Source: a virus
Taxonomy: Duplodnaviria; Caudoviricetes
Virus record (IMG/VR): IMGVR_UViG_3300033407_000091
Coordinates: 1-29,991 of that record
Length of the DNA stretch: 29,991 nt
Reading direction: 5' to 3' (one strand)
Each line of letters begins with the position of its first letter. Within the stretch, counting starts at the first letter, position 1. This document shows, one piece after another, positions 10,087 through 16,674 of the stretch. The notes beneath the pieces were generated by a model. The model saw only the letters and a program-made list of their open reading frames with translations, searched no databases and was not told the DNA's origin. The position numbers and the translations under genes were made by a program.

Positions 10087-11141
10087 TGCGAGTATTACTG
10101 ACCGGCATCGGCGCGCCCGGCACCCCCGGAACCGTCCACTGTCTCCGCAATGGAGGCCCCGTCCGAATCATCGGATGCGATGCCGATCCGGACCCCGACA
10201 ACGCGCACCTCGTGGACGCCGTGTATCACGTGCCGAGACCGGACAACCCGGAATACCTCGATGAGATCGCTTCGATCTGTATTTGGGAATCCGTCGACGT
10301 CGTTCTCCCCCAAACCACAGCAGAAGTCGAGTTTCTATCCAGAACGAAGCATCAGCGACATTTGCTCGACGCGGGAGCAAGGGTAGCTTGCGCGAACGGG
10401 CACGCGGTAAAAGGGGCGAACGATAAGGCGCACGTGATGGAGGCGTTCGCGGCGATCGGGTTGCCGTCGCCCGAGTTTTTGATTATCTCAGATCGGCAAT
10501 GGCTGTATGAGGCAAAAGATCGTTTCGGGCTGCCATTCGTGATCAAGCCAAGGTCGTCGAATGGGAGTCGGGGGGTTCGGATTGTTCGGGACGACAACTG
10601 GATCGTGGATCATTTTCTCACCGACAAACCCGATGGCCTGAGCACGACGATGACGGCCATGTCTTTGATATTGGCCGCAATGGAGTCAGATGAAGGAGGG
10701 GCTCCCGAGCTGATCGCCATGGAGTTTTTGCCCGGCGATGAATTCTCCGTCGACGTATTCCGAGGCCTTCACGCACAAGCCGCCGTCCCGAGACTGCGAA
10801 AGAAGATGCGAGGCGGAATCTGCACGCACGCGGTTGTTGAGATGCGACAGGACTTGATCAACTACTCACTGAAGGCCGCGAAACATCTTGCGCTCACGGG
10901 CGCATTCGGGTTTCAGTATCGGCTTGATGGGGACGGCGTGCCGAAGGTGATCGAGTGCAATCCACGCGTGCAGGGTACGATGTGCGCCTCGTATTACGCC
11001 GGGCTGAACGCGCCGTGGCTTGCCGTCCGAGAGGCGATGATGGACCATCCGACTGAAATCAATCTGATAGACGGAAATATCGAATTCCGCAGGTGCTGGA
11101 GTGGAGTTGGGTTCGTCGACGAGGTGGCCGAATGCGTATAG
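10086..11141 (+). CDS. ATP-grasp domain protein
   Basis: NDK, PFVIKPRSSNGSRG, MEFLPGDEFSVD and IECNPR motifs, plus a Rossmann-like N-terminus (VLLTGIGAP). Confidence 0.9.
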   Translation: MRVLLTGIGAPGTPGTVHCLRNGGPVRIIGCDADPDPDNAHLVDAVYHVPRPDNPEYLDEIASICIWESVDVVLPQTTAEVEFLSRTKHQRHLLDAGARVACANGHAVKGANDKAHVMEAFAAIGLPSPEFLIISDRQWLYEAKDRFGLPFVIKPRSSNGSRGVRIVRDDNWIVDHFLTDKPDGLSTTMTAMSLILAAMESDEGGAPELIAMEFLPGDEFSVDVFRGLHAQAAVPRLRKKMRGGICTHAVVEMRQDLINYSLKAAKHLALTGAFGFQYRLDGDGVPKVIECNPRVQGTMCASYYAGLNAPWLAVREAMMDHPTEINLIDGNIEFRRCWSGVGFVDEVAECV

Positions 11142-11860
11142 GGCTCCTGACGTGCTGCTGGGCCGACGACGACCCCCCACGAGGCCGACTCGCGGAAATA
11201 GTTCTTCGTCATAATGGCGCAATCCGCGTTCCCGGCGTGGAGCTCGTCAGAGTCGCCGTGTACAGCCGTGAGGACAAACATATTTCCCCGGCCCTAGCCG
11301 TTCCGGGATGGACGTATCAGCAGTTTCCGAATCGCCCACTATCGGACAAATGGGACGCCGGCGCGAAGCTGCTCAGAACGAAGAACGTCGACGCCATGAT
11401 GATATTCGGCTCCGACGATTTCCTGAATGCGGAGTATATCGAAGCCGCTGCGGATGCCCTTCGAAAAGGCGCAAAGTACGCCATGCCAAAAAGCCTGTAT
11501 TTCTTCGACGCGAAGGAAAAGAAGGCGATGTACTGCCCGGTGATCGGAAGAGTGGGGGGAGGCCGGGCGCTGTCTAGGAATCTACTCGACAGGATGCACT
11601 GGGAGCCGTGGGAAAGGGGCTACCAGAGAAACATTGACGGCTGCATGGACCGGAGATTGATCGACATAGGCCACAAGCATCCCGACGCCACGATTGACGA
11701 CATACGATCCCTAAGCGCTCTGATTCTCGGGATTAAGACAGGCGGTAACCTTCACTCGTTCGACAAGATGCGCCGTGGATTGCAGGGCGAGCCTGTCGAT
11801 TCGGGGGCGCTTTTGGAAAGGTACGTGCCGGAGTATTCTGAGGAATTGCTCAATTGGTAA
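11132..11860 (+). CDS. GT-A fold glycosyltransferase-like protein (paralog 2)
   Basis: ATG 11132 after a GAGGTG RBS. Motifs NRPLSDKWDAG and VDAMMIFGSDDF are colinear with the 8508..9158 protein. Confidence 0.65.
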   Translation: MRIGLLTCCWADDDPPRGRLAEIVLRHNGAIRVPGVELVRVAVYSREDKHISPALAVPGWTYQQFPNRPLSDKWDAGAKLLRTKNVDAMMIFGSDDFLNAEYIEAAADALRKGAKYAMPKSLYFFDAKEKKAMYCPVIGRVGGGRALSRNLLDRMHWEPWERGYQRNIDGCMDRRLIDIGHKHPDATIDDIRSLSALILGIKTGGNLHSFDKMRRGLQGEPVDSGALLERYVPEYSEELLNW

Positions 11861-11898
11861 AGTGCGCGAAGTCACATATTGACCGCGATACCGAGCCC

Positions 11899-12045
11899 AT
11901 GCGACTGACTGAAAAGCAGTGGCAGGCCATCCGTCTACGAATCGAGTCGTATATCTCGCGGGGATGGGATGAGGCCCGAATCTACTGGCCTGACGGGGAG
12001 ATCGGCGTTTCGCCGGTACGGTTGGGGAAACGGGAGAAGGTATGA
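11899..12045 (+). CDS. Small hypothetical protein (48 aa; start uncertain, could be 11854)
   Basis: MRLTEKQWQAIRLRIE... fills the gap after the glycan cluster. Confidence 0.45.
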   Translation: MRLTEKQWQAIRLRIESYISRGWDEARIYWPDGEIGVSPVRLGKREKV

Positions 12046-12092
12046 TTGTGGAAAAGAAAGTCTATGCAGTTGGAAACGGGCGGCTTACAAGG

Positions 12093-12121
12093 TTGAAAGT
12101 GTAGCGCATCCCGGCTATATT
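12093..12121 (+). promoter_or_regulatory. Sigma70-like promoter upstream of the RAMP-like gene
   Basis: TTGAAA (12093-12098), 17 nt spacer, TATATT (12116-12121). The same GGTTGAAA...TATATTG frame recurs at 13990-14022. Confidence 0.65.
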
Positions 12122-12132
12122 GGTAGCGCATC
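12101..12132. repeat. 10-bp direct repeat GTAGCGCATC x2 flanking the -10 box (candidate operator)
   Basis: Exact copies at 12101-12110 and 12123-12132; quasi-palindromic with a GCGC core. Confidence 0.55.
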
Positions 12133-12160
12133 TAACAATCAACAAACTTCGGTTATTACA

Positions 12161-12829
12161 ATGGAAACGGTAGCAGTAAACGGCAAGTCTCATGCGGATC
12201 AGCTCCTGACGATCCCGCCGCCGAATTTCAAGGTGGCGCTCTTCACGGTTCGTGGTGATGCCCCGCTCGTGATGAACAAGTTCTCGGCGAAAGCCCGCGA
12301 GCAGATGAGGCAGAAACAGGAGGCCGGGTCGACGGGGAAGAAGGGCACGAAGCGGGAAGCGAAGGATTTCAATCTTGCCTATGAGCAGGCCATCCATCGT
12401 TCACGCGAGGGGTGGGTAGGTATTCCGGCCGGCGCGGTCAGGTCTTCTATGATTTCCGCCTGCAAGATCGTCGGGTTTCACATGACGAAGGGCAAGCTTG
12501 CCGTATTCATCCAGGCCGATGGATTCGAGGTGACGGACGGGACGCCGCTTATCAAGATCACGAAGGGCGAACCGCATTATCACGAGTCGTTGGTCCGGAA
12601 CGCCACGGGCGTGGCTGACATTCGCCCGCGCGCGATGTTTGACGAAGGATGGGAGGCGGATGTCCGTGTGAAATTCGACGCCGATATGTTCACCCTCGAA
12701 GACGTGGCGAACCTGCTTGTTCGGGCCGGGGCTCAGGTTGGTCTGCTCGAAGGTCGTCACGATTCGAGCAAGTCGTGCGGGCAGGGCTGGGGTACGTTCG
12801 AGGTGGTCGAAAGGAAGGAGGGCACATGA
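12161..12829 (+). CDS. Stand-alone Cas7/RAMP-like protein (Vipr-like), 222 aa
   Basis: RAMP-type motifs: first strand VRGDAPLVMN, GIPAGAVRSSMISA (cf. the IPGSSLKG motif) and C-terminal Gly-rich loop GAQVGLLEGR...GQGWGTFEV. ATG 12161 follows the promoter. Confidence 0.75.
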   Translation: METVAVNGKSHADQLLTIPPPNFKVALFTVRGDAPLVMNKFSAKAREQMRQKQEAGSTGKKGTKREAKDFNLAYEQAIHRSREGWVGIPAGAVRSSMISACKIVGFHMTKGKLAVFIQADGFEVTDGTPLIKITKGEPHYHESLVRNATGVADIRPRAMFDEGWEADVRVKFDADMFTLEDVANLLVRAGAQVGLLEGRHDSSKSCGQGWGTFEVVERKEGT

Positions 12830-13275
12830 GACGATCCGAAGTCTTATCCATACTGGAGGAAATGCGTGTCGAAAATGGCGGCACGCTTCCTCCTGAAATG
12901 GTGCTTGAGCGGGCGACACCCGTAAGCCATCCACTTCACGAGTGCTTTGAGTGGGATGATTCGAAGGCATCCCATGAGTATCGGCTGTGGCAGGCGCGGC
13001 AGCTCATCCGCGTTTCGGTCTCGGTGGTTCACCCTGAATTATCCCCCACGCGGACGTACGTTAGTCTTGTGGGGGATCGGCGCAACGGCACGGGGTACAG
13101 GAGCACCGTTGACTGTGCCCGAGATCCTGTACTCCGGGAACAGATGCTTGACGAGGCCCTCCGATATATGCAGGTTTTCGAGCGGAAGTATGGAATATTG
13201 TCGGAGCTTGCGACTGTTTTTACGGAGGTGAAAAGAGTGCGCCGATCTCGGAAGCGGGAGGGCGTTACAGCCTGA
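12826..13275 (+). CDS. Accessory protein coupled to the RAMP-like gene, 149 aa
   Basis: ATGA overlap with the RAMP stop and AAGGAGG RBS. Contains the motif HPLHECFEWDDSKASHEYRLWQARQLIR. The array starts 5 nt after its stop. Confidence 0.75.
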   Translation: MRRSEVLSILEEMRVENGGTLPPEMVLERATPVSHPLHECFEWDDSKASHEYRLWQARQLIRVSVSVVHPELSPTRTYVSLVGDRRNGTGYRSTVDCARDPVLREQMLDEALRYMQVFERKYGILSELATVFTEVKRVRRSRKREGVTA

Positions 13276-13280
13276 ATTGT

Positions 13281-13666
13281 GGCAGATGCGGTGTGACCAG
13301 GCGCGGTATGGTAAGGCCAGGTACGGCAGATGAGGCGAGGCCTGGTAAGGTACGGCATGATCGGGCAAGTTGAGGTATGGCAGATGCGGCTAGGCTCGGT
13401 GTGTTAGGCTCTGGTCTGGTAAGACTCGTTGCGGTTGGGCGTGGTACGGCAGATTTGGTGAGGCAAGCCCTGGTCGGTTTTGGTCTGTTCGGGTGGGGTG
13501 CGTTAAGTTACGGCAGGTTTGTTGTGGTGAGTCTTGGTATCGTGAGGTCGGGTTAGGTGAGGTACGGCAGATGAGGCAAGGTATGGCGCGGCAAGATGCG
13601 GCAAGGCGTGGCCGGGCGAGGTCTGGCATGGCACAGTAAGGTATAGTAGGACACGGCACGGCAGGC
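13281..13666 (+). ncRNA. GGY-NN pentamer guide-like array 1 (6 units)
   Basis: GGCA delimiters at 13281, 13325, 13379, 13448, 13512, 13566 and 13660. The units between them hold exactly 8, 10, 13, 12, 10 and 18 in-phase pentamers. No credible ORF. Confidence 0.8.
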
Positions 13667-13681
13667 AAAAAGACAACACGA

Positions 13682-13846
13682 ATGAAAAAGACTCCAACGA
13701 GCTTCAGGCTTTCAGACGATGCTCGCGACCTTTTACAGCAGCTATCCGAGAAAACCGGCATAAGCCAGGTAGCGGTACTCGAGATATTGATAAGGGAGAA
13801 GGCGAAGAAAGACGGGCTTACTGTGAGGCGTGATCCGCCAAGGTAA
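13682..13846 (+). CDS. Ribbon-helix-helix (CopG/Arc-like) DNA-binding protein, 54 aa; not in the ORF track
   Basis: Hand translation: MKKTPTSFRLSDDARDLLQQLSEKTGISQVAVLEILIREKAKKDGLTVRRDPPR*. TSFRL ribbon, helix, G-turn, helix. Confidence 0.8.
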   Translation: MKKTPTSFRLSDDARDLLQQLSEKTGISQVAVLEILIREKAKKDGLTVRRDPPR

Positions 13847-13862
13847 GTCTATGGTGAGATAC

Positions 13863-13989
13863 GGCAGGCAAGGTGCGGCCAGGCAAGGTCTGGCAAGGCG
13901 AGGTGTGGTGGGGCGAGGTGCGATAAGGTACGGCAGATATGGTGCGACCAGGTGTGTTTGGGTGTGCTTGGGTGTGATAGGGCATGGCA
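13863..13989 (+). ncRNA. GGY-NN pentamer guide-like array 2 (2 units, preceded by a degenerate unit at 13827-13862)
   Basis: GGCA delimiters at 13863, 13932 and 13986 enclose 13 and 10 in-phase pentamers. Confidence 0.8.
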
Positions 13990-13991
13990 GG

Positions 13992-14021
13992 TTGAAACAT
14001 TACCTGTTTCGGTGGTATATT
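13992..14021 (+). promoter_or_regulatory. Sigma70-like promoter with extended -10
   Basis: TTGAAA (13992-13997), 18 nt spacer, TGn-TATATT (14013-14021). Confidence 0.55.
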
Positions 14022-14111
14022 GATATAGAATAACGCCGCTTGCGTGGCGGGGTCGGCTCCGAACCCTATAATTCGGGCAACGATTACATCGCATTAGCGA
14101 AACCGCACTGT

Positions 14112-14160
14112 AGAAGGGCGGCATTTTCCTTAACCGGAAGATGCTGCCCTTTTTCTATTT
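14112..14160 (+). terminator. Intrinsic terminator-like hairpin
   Basis: 16-bp stem AAGGGCGGCATTTTCC / GGAAGATGCTGCCCTT (two G-U pairs), 6-nt loop, T-rich tail. Confidence 0.7.
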
Positions 14161-14232
14161 CATCCGGTCTGGCGAGCCGCAATTCGTCTTATCGGGTCTT
14201 TGCACCCTAAAGCAAATCAAAAAAACTGACCT

Positions 14233-15105
14233 ATGGACTGGGAAGCAATCAACAAAGCAATCGGCGAACTGATCACCGCAGCGAAAGCAACGGTGAAAGT
14301 CGATGGCCTGTCCGCGAAGGACGTCGAGCGTGCACATAACGAAGCCCTTGCCGCCGAACTCAGAAACATGGAGCACAGTGTGCGCCAGTTCCTGCATGAC
14401 GGCGGGCACTCTCAGGCGACCGCGCAGAACGCCGAGAAACTGAGAGTAGCCGCCGAGGCGACGAAGGCTCTTGAGACCGCGAAAGCGGATCTAGAGAAGC
14501 AGGTGAAGGAGCACAAGGACCGGATAGCCGAGATCGAGGCGAATACGCCCGATGCGGCCAAGATCCGCGACACGCTCCAATCTGAGTTCCAGAAGCGCGA
14601 AGAAGAGCTCGAGGGGAAGGTAACCTCTGCTGAGCAGCGCATGAAGGATCTCGAGGAAGCCCGAAAGACCGACAAGGTCGACGGCTTCGTGAACCGCTTC
14701 TTCGGACACGCCGGAAGCCGCGTAACGCCTGACGGTGAAGAGTGGCTGCGGGTGCGCGTCCAGAATATGCGCAACGATGGCCGCTTCATCCCGAAGATCG
14801 TGAGCGAAGAGGGCAAAGAGTCCCGGATCGGCGTGGCTGTGCTACGCCCCGGAAGCTCGGAGCTTGAATACCACGCCTCGAATGAGGAGGAGCTGCTCTC
14901 CGTCATCGCGAACGAAGTCTTCGAAAAGGCTCCCAAGTGGGCCGTGAAGGCGAACGTTTCCGGTGGAGGCGGCGCGCAAGGCGGCGGCTCAGGCGGAGGA
15001 GCGACGAAGTGGGATAAGATCCGAGAGACGGCCCAGGCCCGAGGCGTACAGCCCGGCCAGGAAAGCCTCAACGATCGCCGCGCGAAGCTTCTGCCGCAAG
15101 ACTAA
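14233..15105 (+). CDS. Capsid scaffold protein
   Basis: Coiled-coil-rich with a Gly-rich C-terminal linker; lies upstream of the decoration and capsid genes. Confidence 0.7.
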   Translation: MDWEAINKAIGELITAAKATVKVDGLSAKDVERAHNEALAAELRNMEHSVRQFLHDGGHSQATAQNAEKLRVAAEATKALETAKADLEKQVKEHKDRIAEIEANTPDAAKIRDTLQSEFQKREEELEGKVTSAEQRMKDLEEARKTDKVDGFVNRFFGHAGSRVTPDGEEWLRVRVQNMRNDGRFIPKIVSEEGKESRIGVAVLRPGSSELEYHASNEEELLSVIANEVFEKAPKWAVKANVSGGGGAQGGGSGGGATKWDKIRETAQARGVQPGQESLNDRRAKLLPQD

Positions 15106-15141
15106 TTCCCAGGGGGTCAACCATCAATTTAGGAGAAGATC

Positions 15142-15585
15142 ATGCCTTTTAAGCGCGAACAGGTCACGGCAGGGGGTACTCAGTACGGGTATCCTTTCGT
15201 CGACGGCCCGCGTGACGTGGAGCAGATCACGGTCGACCTCTCAACACTAACCTTTGCCGATGGATCGGGCGGGGAAGTGGACGGGGACGGCTACATCATT
15301 CCCGGCACGCCCCTCAATCAGTACGGCGACCTTTGCGGCGGATCCGTCACGGACGAATTCGTCTACGGCGTCGTCACGGCTCCCGTCTACGTGGGGTCGA
15401 ACCCCATCGACGCCGACGCCGACCTCGACGTCCTGACGGACATACAGTGCGCCGTTGCGCGCAGTGGTCTCGTCAACCGGGATATCGTCGAGGACAATCT
15501 CGGACGCGCACTGAATGCGAACGAGATCGCGGCCTTCAATGCCGCCGGGTCCGAACTCATGATCACCAGCACCGGAACACCCTAA
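15142..15585 (+). CDS. Head decoration/stabilising protein (lambda D-like)
   Basis: 147 aa, IIPGTPL motif, AGGAG RBS; lies between scaffold and capsid genes. Confidence 0.65.
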   Translation: MPFKREQVTAGGTQYGYPFVDGPRDVEQITVDLSTLTFADGSGGEVDGDGYIIPGTPLNQYGDLCGGSVTDEFVYGVVTAPVYVGSNPIDADADLDVLTDIQCAVARSGLVNRDIVEDNLGRALNANEIAAFNAAGSELMITSTGTP

Positions 15586-15600
15586 TAGCGAGGTATACAA

Positions 15601-16674
15601 ATGGCCTTGAACTGGCTTGAAGAAATCCAGGAGGTCAGCTCGACGGGACTTACGGTGCAGGCACAGGCACTCAGTCTCGATCAGATTGACCCGAACCAGA
15701 TGCTCCAGCATCCGGTCTTTTTCCCTTATGCGGACGTTCCGTCCGTCAACCTACAGCAAATCTTCGAGACCGACTACCGCCCTACGGCGGATCGGCGTGA
15801 ATGGGATGCTCCCGGCCGGTTCATTCCGACCGTGCTCCCCGAGATCGAAAAGCTCCAGATGGTCCCGATCGAGTCGAACGACAAGATCGGAGAAGAGGAG
15901 ATGCAGGCGATCGAAGAGCAGGCGATGGGTAACGACGAGGTGTACAAGCGCCTCGCTACCGTTTCCATCCCAGGACGAGTGGACAAGCTTGTGGGGGCGA
16001 ACTTCCGCCGCGCCGAACTCGACGCCATCGAGGCGTGGACGAAGGGCACGATCACGGCGAAGAACCCGACGAAGGGCGGAAACGCTCAGGTGTTCTCGCT
16101 CGGGTTCGCTGTAGGTCGTCTCCAGACGGCAGGTACGGCGTGGAATGACGGCGGCACCAACGCTTTCAACGATCTCATGTCGTGGATCGAAGACGGCGAG
16201 GCCGAAATGGGTCCGATCATCGCCGTGAAGCTCCGCCGCGCGACGTTCAACGCGATCCAGACCGACGCGCCGAACATCCTCGACTACGGCGGCAACTCCA
16301 TCAAGCCGTCGCCGGGTCAGGTGTCGGCTCGGGTTGCCGACATGCTCGGGCACGCCTTCCGCTTCATCATCAGCGAGGAGCGGGTCGACGTGTTTGATGA
16401 TGGAGGCACAGCCTACACGCGTACGGCCGCATGGCCCGCTCAGTACGTTGCGGCCATCCCGCAGTCGGGTGTCATCGGCCAGACGGCGCGGGCTCCTGTG
16501 GTGCGAGCCATCGAACTGGCCCGAGGCGCTCCCGAGGCCGGAATTGACGTGCGCGGACAGACCGTGTACTACAATTTCAAAAACAACGGCCGCACGGCGG
16601 TGATCGAGTGTCAGTGCAACTGGCTCTCCCTCCCGCAAGAACGGAATGTCTGGACCATCGACGCCGGGGTGTAA
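15601..16674 (+). CDS. Major capsid protein (lambda E-like)
   Basis: 357 aa, GAGGT RBS, REWDAP motif; synteny with scaffold and decoration genes. Confidence 0.8.
   Translation: MALNWLEEIQEVSSTGLTVQAQALSLDQIDPNQMLQHPVFFPYADVPSVNLQQIFETDYRPTADRREWDAPGRFIPTVLPEIEKLQMVPIESNDKIGEEEMQAIEEQAMGNDEVYKRLATVSIPGRVDKLVGANFRRAELDAIEAWTKGTITAKNPTKGGNAQVFSLGFAVGRLQTAGTAWNDGGTNAFNDLMSWIEDGEAEMGPIIAVKLRRATFNAIQTDAPNILDYGGNSIKPSPGQVSARVADMLGHAFRFIISEERVDVFDDGGTAYTRTAAWPAQYVAAIPQSGVIGQTARAPVVRAIELARGAPEAGIDVRGQTVYYNFKNNGRTAVIECQCNWLSLPQERNVWTIDAGV

Noticed and set aside
11969-12160. N-terminal extension of the RAMP-like ORF given in the ORF track
   Set aside because: It overlaps the upstream gene and the promoter/operator. 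ATG 12161 is the better start.
13281-13666. Simple microsatellite or G-quadruplex tract as the sole explanation
   Set aside because: Variation is position-specific, the middle G is often replaced (breaking GG runs), and phase shifts occur only at a conserved delimiter next to a RAMP-like gene.
13281-13989. Classical CRISPR array
   Set aside because: There are no 23-47 bp identical repeats with unique spacers. Conservation is interleaved at a 5-nt period instead.
13029-14124. ORFs across the arrays (13390..13761 -, 13818..14000 -, 13830..14033 + and others)
   Set aside because: Their low-complexity Pro/Arg/His or Gly/Arg translations are by-products of the pentamer repeat and have no domain features.
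14412-16638. Long minus-strand ORFs opposite the scaffold and capsid genes (similarly 3328..4089, 6811..7581, 18618..19259, 29295..29957)
   Set aside because: They are shadow ORFs of GC-rich + strand genes that have clear motif or synteny support.
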